This document shows positions 13,563 to 27,218 of a stretch of DNA of 64,000 bases, in pieces. The first letter of the stretch is position 1, and each line of letters opens with the position of its first letter. The position numbers and the translations under genes were made by a program. This DNA comes from Octopus sinensis. Taxonomy: Eukaryota. The DNA lies in the NCBI RefSeq assembly GCF_006345805.1, contig NC_043013.1:23374001-23438000 (forward strand). Reading direction: 5' to 3'. The notes beneath the pieces are model-generated. The model had not been told where the DNA came from and did not search any database. It saw nothing but the letters and a program-made list of their open reading frames with translations.

Positions 13563-13870
13563 TGTTCTATATTTAAGAGATGAGGAATTATGTACATTAT
13601 TTACATTTGATGGATATTTGTCCTCATCTTATTAGTTGGGTTCTCATTCCTAAGGTATTTTTTGATATTCCAGGCAGTGACCTGAATAATAATAACAATA
13701 ATAATAATAATGATAATAATAATAATATTGAAAAATACATTAGGAATGAGAACCCAGGTTCGAAATTTCCCCAAGACTCCTGATGAAGGCTGGAGAATAT
13801 ATCAGCCGAAATGTATTAACAAGAAACAAGATGAGGGCAAATTTCTGTCAAATGTAAATAATGTAAATAA
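13563..13870. mobile_element. PLE-like inverted-repeat element with hammerhead motif (copy 1)
   Basis: 13585-13668 is the reverse complement of parts of 13724-13866. CTGATGA-a-ggctg...cagcc-GAAA at 13780-13811. Confidence 0.75.
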
Positions 13871-15866
13871 TAATAATTTTGTTTATTGGTTACAAGGCCC
13901 CAAGACTCTGAGGACAATATAAGGATGAAATGTAAACCTGCAACACAACAGTGGAGTTTATATCAAATAATAAAAAAAAAAAAGTGGGGCAGCAAAAATA
14001 AAGAATATATGAACTCAATTCCTGCAATAAGTGGAGAGTCAGAAAACATAGGGTGACTTGAGGGAAAACCCTACAGAAAAAGGTCCAGATTACCCAAAGC
14101 ATCCAAAGTGCCCTCTCCTGTTTTCTTTCCTTCTTTGAAAAGCATGTTTGTGGTAGAAGCATCCTCATTCATCTTTTGTTTAGCACACCAGAGGGCAGCA
14201 CCTTCTCTGCTCTCAACTTTCTCTTCTCGTAATATTTATTTGGAAAAGTTGTTGAAAGCTTGGCTAGAGAGGAAGATGCTTCTAATAATAATTGGTTCAC
14301 ATTTTGGCACCTGGCCAGCAATTTCAGGGAATTGAGTAAGTTGATTACATTGATTGCAGGACTTGACTGTCCCTAGAGGGATGAGAGACAAACTTAAGTT
14401 ATCCTTGGCAGAATTTGAACTCAAGATGTAAGGCGTTAAAAGAAATGCTGCGAAGCATTTTGTCCCCAAAACACCAACGATTCTGCTAGCTTGCTGCCTT
14501 AATGATACTGCTGCTGCTGCTACTACTACTACTACTAATAATAATAATAATAACGATAATAATAATTTTTAATAAGGGTGTTTGACTAATAATTGTAGGA
14601 GAGCAAGGTGTAGTAGAATGAACGATTGAATCTACCCCAGTGTATTACAGGTATCTGTTATGGAAAAATGAAAAGGCCAGTCAAACCTAGCAATGTTTGA
14701 AATAATGAAATATTAGCATTCAGTTTGGCATTTGGCCATTTCTGCCAATGCAATTACTCAAGCAATCATAAAAATAATAATAATAATAATTTTCTTTGAC
14801 TAGGCACAAGGCCAACTTCCATAGAGGAAGTGGCAGTTGATTGCATCGACAATCACAACAACAATAATAATAATAATGATAATAATAATATTGGTGATGA
14901 TTCTTTTATTAACACAAAACATCAAACACAGAGAATTATTATATTTGTTGCCCTTGTGGCAAATAAAGAAAACGATAGAAAGTCTAATGAAATTTCAGTC
15001 TTTCCGGGGTCGATTTTATCTTTTTCCTCTCTGGGGCTTAATTAAAAAAAAATACCAAGGTGTGTCTACTGAGGTTGAAGCTAATCCACTACCCTTGTCC
15101 AACTGTCCCCTCAGAACTTGTGCACCTGTGCCAGTATAAGAGAATAGGATAGAATTGGTAAAGTCAAATGCTTGATGTTTAGTTACATTCCTTTACATTT
15201 TAAGTTCAAATCCTGTCGGGTTATCTTATCTTTACCTTCCATCTTTTCAGAGTTGATAAAATAAAAAAAATCAGTTGAACACTGGAGGCATTAGAATCAT
15301 TTCACCTGCTCTCCTCCCAACTTCAGGCTTTCTTCCAAGATTAGAAAATCATTATTACCATTCTGCATGCACTCACATAATGTCCAAGTACTGCTGACTT
15401 GTGGGGTTATGTCGATGTTGAACAGCTGTCATCGCATATCAGATGAATTTGACCATTGGCCAAATCCATTGTGAGGATTGCCCCACCACCCACCTTTAAC
15501 AATGCAGAGTAGGTGATGTTTGTGTGATGAGTGGGTATGGCAAAAGAGGGTGTGTGGTGGATGAGGCTGAAAGGATTAAGGTAAGACACCTGTCTCTGTG
15601 GTCAAGCCCTCATCAACTTTTAAAGTTCCACCTAGAAAAGAAGTTCAGGTGAAGAGGGAAGTGCTATTTGCCAGTGAATTTGTGATAAAATGGGTGACTT
15701 TGGTTCGGGTGAATGGCCTTACTCTAAGCCTGCACCTGTAGATTGGCCAGCAGGAGGTGGTCAGGGGAATGCTGGATCAGCAGGGTTTCTTGAGTGGCCC
15801 TGGCTGGAGCTTCTCCTGTATCAGGAAGTCAGCATCATTCATGTTATCACATACTTTGCATACTAT

Positions 15867-16081
15867 TCTTTTGTTTCAGTCATTTTGACTGTGGCCATGC
15901 TAGAGCACCACCTTTAGTTGAACAAATCGACCCCAGGACTTATTCTTTGTAAGCCTAGTACTTATTTTATCGGTCTCTTTTGCCGAACCACTAAGTTATG
16001 GGGACATAAGCACACCAGCATCGGTTGTCAAGTGATGGTGGGGTGGACAAACACAGACACACAAACATATACACACACACT

Positions 16082-16153
<72 letters not shown>

Positions 16154-16243
16154 AAAGACACTCGCCCAAGGTGCCATGCAGTGGGACTGAACCCGCAACC
16201 ATGTGGTTGGTAAGCTACTTACCACACAGCCACTTCTGCACCT
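15867..16243 (-). mobile_element. SINE family A (internal deletion)
   Basis: Reverse complement of the 9236 copy head and tail. Confidence 0.9.
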
Positions 16244-19200
16244 GTTATATGTATAGCTTTATTGCATTTAACTGATTTTGTTTTTCCATTTCTTTCTCCA
16301 AATCTCTTATGTAGATTCTTATCCTTGTGATGTCTCCTTCATCTATGCCCCTGTGGCTAATAAAAGAAATTATTGATATTGCATATAAATGGAGTGTGAT
16401 TCTAATGATTTCTTCTTAGGCCTGGCACAGGAAGAGTTTAAGGAATATGGCAAAGGGTGTTGTGATGTTCATGCAGATCTCACAGAAATTAAATGAGACG
16501 TGTTTAGGTGAGATATGAAAAAAACAAACAAACAAAAAAAAGCAAAAAAAAATTTATGCCTCAGGCTGTAATTGCTGAGAATGTAGTTACCGTTTAGATA
16601 ATTCCAGCTAATAGTGTTTTGACTCACCATTATCTAACGAGATTTTGTGATGTTAATGCTTTTCTCAAAACTATCAATGCGGTTAAGTGATGTGAAATAG
16701 CTTCAGAATCCAAAACTAGGTTGCAGACTCTGTTCACAAGATCTTCTCTCTTGATTCTGAATGCTTGCCAATAATAATCATAATAATAATAATAAATTCT
16801 GATATTATTATCATCATCAATTACTCTTTTGATTGAACAGCTTCATATAAATACTGTGTTTTTCATAAACAACATTCAGACTCTCTCTCTCTCTCTCTCT
16901 TCTTTCTCTCTCTCTCTCTCTCTTCTTCTCTCTCTCTCTCTCTCTGACTCATTGCTTCTCCATATCTTTCTCAGTGTTTGTTGCTCTTCTTCTTCTCTCT
17001 CTCCTTCTCCCTTGTTTTGATGCTCTTCCATTTTTAAGATTGCTCAAGAAGAATCCAAGTGGCAGGCAGGGGGCAAATAGTGGTGTGTGTGTTAGTAGAC
17101 TAGGGACTGCAGTCAGTGTTGGTGGGGTCAGAATGGGGTTGGTTTGGAGGTGAACCGTTTCCTTCCTATTGCATTTCAATTCTCTACCACATACAGATGA
17201 AGTGCTGATGCATTAATCAATAAAGCTCTGTTCAGAAGTTAAACCCCTTAAATCCTTCCATACAAACTATTTTTTTTTCCCCTTCTTTGTTGCAGTTTTA
17301 TTTTTCTTGTTTTTACTGTTGCATTCTTTTCTCTCCCCCTCCTCCTCCTCCCCCATTATGATCTGCCTTAAGAAATTAAAGCTTTAAAGGAGTTCTGTTG
17401 GTGTAACAGTTTCTGCCAACCATTTGAGATTCTTGTTTATAGGAACACCAAAAAAAGAAGAAAAAAAATCTTTACTAAAAACAGTGAAACTCCCCCTTTC
17501 CCTCTCCCCATCTCATTAAAAAAGAATCTTTTTTTTTCCTTTTCCAATTTGATATTTAAAAAAAAACAAACTTGTTTATCAATTTTGTTTAATTCAATTT
17601 CATCTTTTATTTATATTCAGTATTATGGAAAAGATTTTCCTTCTGCCATTAATAATTTCAATAAAAACTTGAGAATATTCAAGTGTGTGTGTGTGTGTGT
17701 GAGAGAGAGAATGTGTCAGAAGATGGTGGTAACTGTGAAGAATGGAGCCTGATTTTGAACATTGATCTTGTAACGGATTCGTGTCGTTTATTCTATATAT
17801 AAAACCTGTCATCAGCTGAGCTAATCTTGTTTACAGTTCACAGCTTTTGAGAGTTCTGTGTAATGATTGTCTTCATATGATCATTCTAATTCTCTGGGTT
17901 GTCAGTCACTCTGTGATTTTTGGCAGGACTTATGAATAATGGCTACTGCTTACTTTATGTAACTATCCTGATTTTATAAACACTTATTTTGATGAATTGA
18001 CTTTTTGCAAGTTTACATCTGTAATGATTTCTGTAGTTAAAACATTTTGTGAATCCTGTCCAAAGACATTGATGCCAACAATTATTGGAAAGGTTGCTTC
18101 TGAAAGACATAGCTCTGGGTTGGGTCTCACTGTGTGGCCCCTTGGCCAAATGGCTTCCACTACAACCTCACTTTGCTCAGTACTATGTAAGTGGAATTTG
18201 GGATAAGGAAGCAGTGCAGAAGTCTTCTCAGTGTGTGTGTGTGTGTGTGTACATGTGTGTTGTGACCCTCTATCTCTTGTAACTTAGCAGTTTGTTATTG
18301 ATTGATTTCTATAGAGATTGTTAAAATAAGCACCTGATTAATGAAATAAATACTAGGGTTGATATGATTAAAACCCATTGAGACTGGTGCTCCAGTATGG
18401 CTGCAGTCCAATAACTGAAACCAGAAAATGAATAAAAGAAAAAAAAAACAGGGGTTGGTGTGGAGGCAAAGCATAAAATACATAAAATAAGATTTGGGAA
18501 CTGATGGTTACATGTAGGTTGACTTAAGCTCAGCTGATATATGTGGCACATCTGTTGTTCCATATTTTAGAATAGTCAGAGATAGAATTCTATGCACCCT
18601 TGACGCTTTTTCTTTTTTGTTTCAATGAAGAGAAAAAGCTTTGGCACCTGTAAGCCTTTTCAGATTAGTGAGATTAGGGTTCGGGTACCGGTTCAGTTTG
18701 GACATCTTGCTTGAAGGGAAAATCTGAACTGAAATGTTCTGAGATGGAAAGATTGCGGCAGAATTGGGGGTGGAATGGTTTAGTAGAAAGTTTTTATGGT
18801 ATGAGAGGATGTAGGGATGATGAGAGAAGAAGAGGCGGGTGTAATTAGGTTGGAAATAGTCTGTTAGTCAGAGAGTCTGGAATTGTTGTATTAGTAATAA
18901 AAGAAATAGGGGAGAGAGAATTTTGAGTTGTGGGTGGGGGTGCGATTGTGGGGAAAAGCTATGCTGTATCAGATATGGGAGTGAGATTTTAAGATGTGGT
19001 GCAGTTATGTTTTCTGAAGATGGCTAACATTGAGCATATTATTCTGAAGAACAAGCCTAGATTTTGAGATGTTTTTTTTTGTTGTTTTATAGTGATTGAG
19101 AAGGGAAAGGGTTCTGTTTCAATGACCCCATGATAGACATATTGATACACTACCCCCACTAATTTGCTCTACATCCAATCAATAGATCTTTTCCTTCTAT

Positions 19201-19467
19201 CCCCAAAATGATGAGAGATAGTTATGCTTGGTGCTCTCTGATTGAGTTGATGTATGACCAAATGCGTTCCATCCATGACCATCTTATCTCTTTGTATATC
19301 TACAACTACATTGTCCTCATCCTTTCTTTTTGGAGATGTTAAGGTATGATTAGAGAGAATTTGGCTGCTATTTCTAGTATGGGAAATTGATTATGAAGCA
19401 GTTTCGTTGTTGGCTCGTCATAAAGTTGATTAGTTTTGCTTCTCATTTTTTTATTCCTGCTGATCCT

Positions 19468-19919
19468 TTAACCCTTTAGCATTTAAACCGGGCATATATG
19501 GCCAAAAGTATTCTGCCAGTTTTATGTTCAAACAGGCCAGATCTGGTCTCTCACACCAACCCTACAATATCGTTTTAAAAATTAGCAGCTACCTCATCAA
19601 AATCTCATAGCTACAAGATAATGCATGATTAGTTCAAAACAATGTGGATTAACCCTTTAGTGTTCAGATTATTCTTTCAAACATAATGCCTATTGATTCA
19701 CATTGATTTGAATTAATCATGCATTATCTCATATCTTCAAGATCTTGATGGTGTAATTACTTAATGTAGAATAACATTGTAGGGTAGGTGTGAGGGCCTG
19801 GATCTGGTCAGTTTGAACAAAAACAGATTAAATTTTTTGGCCGAATATGGCCAGTTTAAATACTAAAGGGTCAAAAAAGCATTAATTTTGGCAGAATAAT
19901 GCAAACACTAAACGGTTAA
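19468..19919. mobile_element. piggyBac-type (TTAA) MITE with a same-family copy nested in opposite orientation (19649-19874)
   Basis: TTAA-ccctttag termini at 19468 and 19649. ctaaaggg-tcaa ends at 19874 and ctaaacgg-TTAA ends at 19919. Matches the solo copy at 50786-51014. Confidence 0.85.
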
Positions 19920-20987
19920 ACTCTCACTAATGTCGCCTCACTAGTTGTTATATAATTTTGGCTCCTTATTTCTTTTTCCACTGGTCATTTTATTTTTATT
20001 ACAAAGTTTCTTGGTCTAAAATTTAGGGACTTACAAATATGAGATTCCTGTTTCTAAAGACAGTAGTAGAGATTGTTTGAAGAATTCCTTGGCTTTTGCT
20101 ATTGAATTTCTCAGTCTCTGTTTAGAAAATCTCACAGGAATACATCATGTTTCATGGTTGAATGAGTTGGTTTTTGTTTGGAAGGAAAATATATCTAAGC
20201 CAATAATTACTATGCAGATAAACTATAATTTGAGGAAACTAGTGTGTGTGGCCTGTTCGATGTATGCTGCAATGCTTGAGAGAAGAAATATTTACCTAAT
20301 GTTTGGGGTGGAGAACTTCATCACAGATTTAATCAATTTTCCAAATCTTCAATATTTTCTCCTCTTACGGAATTGCAATAAACATAAATTTTAGCTTTTC
20401 ACAAATACAACTGCTTTCGTTTGTTTGGGAACATGAAAGAATTGCTCTCTCCTCTCTCACACACGAACGCACATACATGCGCTCACACACACACACAGAT
20501 ATGCACACACAACCATATTTGTGGATGAGAGAGAGAGAGGGAGGGAGAGATGTTGAGACTTGTAGCTGTGGTTCTACCAGCAGCTCTCTTTCGGCTGGTT
20601 GGCTCAGTGAGTTGCCACTGATTGTGGTCGGCCTCTGCTCGCTTAACACTTCCACTTTGAAGTACTTCACAAGCCAGTCAAATGGCCCATGTGACACTGC
20701 TGATAAGTAATGGTGGTTCTAGTAAGATGGGGAGGGGACAGCCGCAGTGGTTTTTGCTGGGATAGAAGGGGAAAGAAGCTGGTAAGTATGGAAAAGCTAC
20801 CAATAGCAACAATGGTGGTGGTAATATTATATTTGATTGGCATTAGCACTGAGGCAGCTACATACACACAAACACACGTTATACACCATTTATGCAGAAA
20901 ATCAATCATAGACATCGTATGTCCACCCAGACACACTGGCACTGTATAGATATATATTCACAAAATCACATAATGTATAGCTAAACA

Positions 20988-21390
20988 TAGGCGCAGGAGT
21001 GGCTGTGTGGTAAGTAGCTTGCTAACCAACCACATGGTTCTGGGTTCAGTCCTACTGCGTGGCATCTTGGGCAAGTGTCTTCTGCTTTAGCCGTGGGCCG
21101 ACCAATGCTTTGTGAGTGGATTTGGTAGACGGAAACTGAAAGAAGCCTGTTGTATATATGTGTATATATATATATGTGTGTATGTATGTGTGTGTCTGTG
21201 TTTGTCCCCCTAGCATTGCTTGACAACCGATGCTGGTGTGTTTATGTCCCCGTCACTTAGCGGTTCGGCAAAAGAGACCGATAGAATAATTACTGGGCTT
21301 ACAAAAGAATGTCCCGGGGTCGAGTTGCTCGATTAAAGGCGGTGCTCCAGCATGGCCGCTGTCAAATGACTGAAACAAGTAAAAGAGTAA
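20988..21390 (+). mobile_element. SINE family A, full-length
   Basis: Near-identical to 9236-9650. Confidence 0.93.
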
Positions 21391-21944
21391 AGTGTATACA
21401 CTTTCATATACCCAGCTTATGCCCAGTCTGGATATTTCTAAATGGAAAGAAACTTCCCTAGAAGAGAAGGTTTGTGAAGTTGAGGGAAAGAGCATCCGTT
21501 ATCTTGAGAGTTCTTGTTTAGCCCCAGGCCAACCTTGATTAAGTAAGTTTATAATTCAATGCATTCAAGTTATCTTCTTGTTTTATTTCTCTTTCTGTTT
21601 CCCTCATGGTATAATTTGAGGGAGGTTTGGCTGCTATTTGTAGAGAGGTTTCTTGTTGTGGCAGCAAATAAGTGTAAAGTAATTGACAGGTGTAAGGTAT
21701 CAATTTGGTCGAAGGAATTAGGTTGTATGACTTGGTGTGGTATTTATAGCATTTCAAAGAAGAAAGAAAAACAAACGGCTTTTATGTTCTTCAACAAATG
21801 CAGAAAGGAATAATTGCTTCAGCAGACCTGCTTCTTTCTTATCTCACCTCCCATCACTCCCTCCTCTGCTCAAAACATTCAACCACCACCGCCACCATTC
21901 TCTTCATTTCATTGCTTTACTTTGCTCACTTCCTGCTGAGAAAG

Positions 21945-21970
21945 ATGGACAGTGCTTGCCTCTCAGACAG
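21945..21970 (+). CDS. Candidate alternative first coding exon (MDSACLSD-R, phase 2)
   Basis: Strong Kozak aagATGG and CAG|gtaaag donor. Joins in frame to 26554 or 46449. Confidence 0.45.
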
Positions 21971-23620
21971 GTAAAGATGTGGTAAAATTCAGAATCTAAT
22001 CTGAAAGTCTGTCTCCACAAAAATTAGTTCCTAACTTTTTTACTGTAAACTCCCCAAAAGTTGATGGGGTTGGAGGTGACATAGCAGGGGGGAATTCCAC
22101 CATCGGTCACAAGTGTGTGTGTGTGTGTGTGTCTGTATGTGTGTGTGTGTGTGTGTGGTTGTTATTTAGTCTGAAGCCCCAAAGCAGCAAACTGACATTG
22201 TTGTTAGAATGTAGAAGAGAAAAGCTTTGCAGTATTCTGGTTGTGAGTTCAAATCCTGCTGAAGTCTTTGTCTTTCATCTTTGCATGGTTGCTAAAATAA
22301 GTGATGAAGCATTGACACAATGTACCTAGGACTACATTTCAGCAAATGTACATTAGTGATTGTTCTGTGTTACTTAACAAAGGCAGGCAGTTGTATTTGT
22401 GAAAAAACTAAAATTGGTATTGAAGGTTTTGAGAATTGATTAAATCTCTGATGAAGGCCTCCACTTCTCATATTTCTTCTAACAGTTCTTTAACACAAAC
22501 CATTGTTACTTCTTCCCATTCATTCATTCAGATCAGGAATTAGTTTCTTTTGAATATAATTTCATCTTTGTATTTTTGACCTCTCCATCCCTCTCCTGTT
22601 GTCACATTGAATAAATTTTCTTTTGCTTCTGGTGTGGTGGTCAGCTACAACACAATGTCAGTGACAGTGTGAACTTGTGACCCTTGTAGCAGTAACCTAG
22701 CAACTTAACTCTTGTATTGCAACGCATTTAGGCAATTGTTGAGTCTGATGCTTAAAATAACAATGGATTTTGGACTGTTACGTGTTTTTTTTCCTTGCTT
22801 TTGTTTTGTGCATTTCATATTCTTGATAGTTTCTACATCATCTTCCTCATCAAATCATTCTATTCCACTCACTACCAGCATCTCACCCACCTCCTCCTCC
22901 TCCTAATCATCAGCTTCCATTTTATGATGAATGAGGCCTGTTCTCTACTTCAGTTTTATCCACCAGTCTCCAGGTTCACCATTGCTTTGTTGTTCCCCAC
23001 TTCTTCATTCATTTTCACAGCTGCCCTTACCCCTCTCCCCTCCCCCATCCCTTACAAAAAGAGGAGGTCAATTATGGCATCTGTTTGCTGGCAATTGTGT
23101 ATGTAGGTGTCTTTGCATGTATGTGTGTATATCTATGTGTAGGTGTCTGTGTATGCATGTGCCTGATTATCAATGTGCATGGGTGCCTGTGTGTGGGTGC
23201 CTTTCTGTATGTGTGTGTGTGTTATGTGAGCATCTGTGCGTGTGTGTATTAGTTTATGGATAACTGTTTCTTTTGCCCACGTCTTCCTTCAAACGAGTTT
23301 TCTCTTGCAACAACGGTTGTGCCTGTGTTTTTGTGTATTGCAGTGTTTGTGTTGTTTGTGTTTGTTATAATCATGCATGGAGGACGTTTCGTGCAGCTAT
23401 GATGCTTTAAATTTACAAGGAGGATCATATTATCAACCATGATGTTCATGATTTTCCAATTATTTCTAACCAGGAAGCTGAAGTACTTATAACTTTGCAG
23501 CTGAGTTACCAAGTCAACCAATGTTAAGAACTTACAGCTGTACAGCATCATCATCATCATCTGTCCCTTTCCTATCATCACTTTTTTTAATGTCTGATAT
23601 TTTTCATGCTGGTATGGATT

Positions 23621-23659
<39 letters not shown>

Positions 23660-23689
23660 TACATACATACATAATTGTTAAAGACAAGC

Positions 23690-24000
23690 ATTAAGGCAAG
23701 ACAAACATCTCAAGTCATATCTGTCGTTACTATTGAAAAAATTCAAAGTCTTACAGCTGTTTATGGGATATTCCAGAGTATGGATATTCCGTTATTGGAG
23801 ACAAATAAGTAAAATGAGGAAGATATAGATTTGTATGTGGGGGTTATTCGTGGTGGTGGTGGGGGTGAATTTATTTACATTTGGATTTAGGGAAGAATTT
23901 GAAAGTGTGGAAGAATTTGTGTTTACATGTTGTGAGGGCTTCGTTGTGTTTGTTAAGCAATTGTGGTGAGTTATGAGTTAAAATTTTGAGGCCACAAATG
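23690..24000 (-). mobile_element. Penelope-like element 3' remnant with degenerate hammerhead
   Basis: The - strand encodes KILTHNSPQLLNKHNEALTTCKH, matching the PLE C-terminal LNK.xE....C.H motif. An HHR-shaped motif follows at 23748-23802. Confidence 0.6.
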
Positions 24001-24179
24001 GAGTGCTGGCCCTGATATGGGATACCAGAATCTATTATAGTCCAGGAAATCTACAATGGCTCCATAACTACCGTCTCGGCTATAACCTTGGAGCCCTGGT
24101 AATACATTACAGCACTTACTTAGTGTACTTAGTCGTTTAGATCACCTGTGAACTAAACCCCTATATTTTGTATATATAT

Positions 24180-24387
24180 ATCATCATCGTTTAACATCCG
24201 CTTTCCATGCTAGCATGGGTTGGACGATTTGACTGAGGTCTGGCGAACCAGATGGCTGCACCAGACTCCAATCTGATCTGGCAGAGTTTCTACAGCTAGA
24301 TACCCTTCCTAACACCAACCACTCCGAGAGTGTAGTGGGTGCTTTTACGTGCCACTGGCAATGAAGGCCAGTCAGGCAGTACTGGTA
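24180..24387 (-). mobile_element. Family C (RTE-like) repeat
   Basis: Same terminus as 32113. Confidence 0.85.
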
Positions 24388-25331
24388 GACACACACTCAT
24401 ATATAGTCATTATCATTTAACATCCGTCTTTCCATGCTGACACATGATTTATTTATAGCAAGTAAAATAGCACCACTTCATATCCAGAAAAAATATTTCA
24501 GATAATTCTGTGCGTTTATTAATGTTTATATAATAAACATAAAACGATCATATATATCCCTCCCCCTCTTACACAATACTCTGTATTAACTGAATTTGTT
24601 CTATTCCAGTTTACTATTTTACTGGATGAGCAAAATCTTTTGCATCTATTTATTGCATTCCTGAATTGATCATCTCATCTACGCCCATTTGCGATATGGC
24701 CTGGAGAACTGCCTGAAGCAGAAACAACTTGGGTGGATTTGGGGGGAAAGATTCTTTGTTGCCTGGAATGGTAAAACAATGACACCATTGAGCTTTGTTC
24801 CATTTATTTACTGCTATCTTCTCTGCTCCTCTAAACCTTGACCTCCTGTATACCTTCCTCAATCATTCTGTTTTCTGAGAAACAATCGAGACAATTACAA
24901 GAAGCCAGTTAGATCGTATTTGTAACCAGCATGAAGAAAACTAAAATGGTTTCATGATTAATGGCCGTGCATGTCCCACTAAAGTTTCAAACTTATCTGT
25001 TTATCTTTAACATTATTACTATGAATACACCAGTTAATATAAATCCACACTAAATTATCAAATAAACATGTTTATATTTGTATCTGTATCTGCATCTGTG
25101 TGTGTGTGTGTGTGTGTATGTGTACATATACACACACATACACAGTAAGTAAGAGAAAGCAAGATAAGCTCAGTGTAGAAAACAGGTAGTAGTGCTTGAA
25201 TGACTTCAAACTTAAACCCTGACCTCTTGATCTTGGGAAAGGCCCACAGCGTCAACAGTGGCTATAAGAGAAATTCAATATGCAGGTATTAATTTTGACT
25301 GACACAGTTAGACTTGATACGTATGCATGCG

Positions 25332-25415
<84 letters not shown>

Positions 25416-26239
25416 TAAAGAAATTATGTAATGTCTTAAACTCAACAGCTGTTTCAGGAAGCCAAGTGTTACATAATCATGATTTGCTGGTGTTATATGC
25501 AAAAGTCATGGTTATGTAACTGGTGACTGATCACATAAAGATATTACAGTAAGTCCAACTCCCCTTTTCAAGAGAAGACTGGTAAAAGCAGAGTGTTTAT
25601 TTTCTTGTGGTTTCAATTGTAGGGCTGTGGACTGAGCACTAGCAATTGTGCCCCTAATGTAGATACCAGCCTGGTGGGAATGAGGAGGAGTCACGACCTG
25701 ACATTTATATGCCATTTTGTAGCATAAACAAAATCCATACAACAGGCATAGTTACATATATATCAAGCTTGACTATGTTTATCTACATTGCTGCCTCTCT
25801 CCCCCTCTCTCTCTATATGTTTGTTTGTAGTGTGTGCACACACATGCATATGTATGTATGCATGTATGAATGATGGCTCTTCCACTCCAGCTAAGCATAT
25901 GACAGCTGCACCAGCAGCTGACTGGTCTTCATTTCTTGCTGGGACATGAAGTGACATTCCTTGCCCAAGGGCACTGTGTGTTGCTTGTTCCAGGAGTCTC
26001 TATAGACACACAGACCCCCCCCCCCGCAACGTGGATTTGTATGTATTTTTATATCTCTGTCTCCCTCTCACTCCGTTTCTCTAGGTTCTTGGGTGTGGAT
26101 TTATACTAACTTGTGTCTATGAGTAAACAAATGCATGTAGCCTATCACATTTTCTCTTCATATTAAATTTGTTTACATATCACTTCAACTAAATGAGTAA
26201 ATAAACTCTGCTTATTCCTCATTTGTATATCCACATTAG

Positions 26240-26279
<40 letters not shown>

Positions 26280-26354
26280 ATATATATATATGTATGTATA
26301 TGTGTATATATATGTATGTATATGTGTATATATCTATGTATATATATATCTATG

Positions 26355-26390
<36 letters not shown>

Positions 26391-26553
26391 TACATACATA
26401 CATCATACATACACATACAGATGCACGTGTTTTATGTGTGTTTTACGTAATTTTCATCTGGTTTTATTCTATTAATCTAATTTATAGATTTTCTCTTATT
26501 TTTGCTGTTTTTTTTCTTTTTTTTTTTCTCTTAACTTTTTCTATTCCAAACAG

Positions 26554-26577
26554 AGTGAATTACGAATATCTTCTTGG
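26554..26577 (+). CDS. 24-nt frame-preserving microexon (VNYEYLLG, phase 2-2)
   Basis: About 60-nt U-rich tract, branch-point-like cttaac, aaacag| acceptor and |gtaggt donor. In frame with 21945 and 46449. Confidence 0.55.
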
Positions 26578-27218
26578 GTAGGTTGTCTTTTATTCCAGAT
26601 AATTCTCTTATTCAACATGTGTGTTTGCACGTCACTAAAAAAGCAAATTAATAAAAAAAAAAAGGGGCATTTTCTTCACGGTTATTTATTTATCTACACA
26701 AAAAGGAAAATCTTATTCACATTGTTATTATTATTTTTCCTTAAAATTCTTTTTAGCTTCTGCTTAAAGTTTTGCAAAATAATTTCTGGGCTTCCCTAAT
26801 TACTACCACTGATGTTCTTGTTATTTTTATTTGTCTGGTGAAGATAGCAGAATGGTAGAGTGCCAAATTAAACATTTTGCAATGTTTGGGTTTGCCTCTA
26901 AATATTCTGTGTTTAGTTTTTGTAGCATTAACTTTTTTTTTTTCATCTCTCTGCACAGGAGAGTGGGGCTCAATAAAGAAATATACATTCAATATACATA
27001 GGTTGATTGCAATTCCTTATACCTGTTTTTCTTTAAAAATCGGTCTAATCAACTGAAATCATCATTATTATTAGCTTGAGTGGATGGGCCTACATTGAGT
27101 GTCTGTAGGTCAGGAAATACAGCTGGCAAAGTGCACTTACAGCTCAGTTAAAGTAATGCTGGGTAAATGGAGATCCTTGACTGGTCCTGGATGGTGATCT
27201 CCCTCTTGGAATTTTCTC

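Noticed and set aside
18680-19090. Possible decayed PLE coding fragment on the - strand
   Set aside because: Too degenerate to read a convincing motif.
22448-22470. CTGATGA motif (also at 6097, 27545, 47740 and 58126)
   Set aside because: No stem II/GAAA/UH arrangement follows, so these are chance matches.
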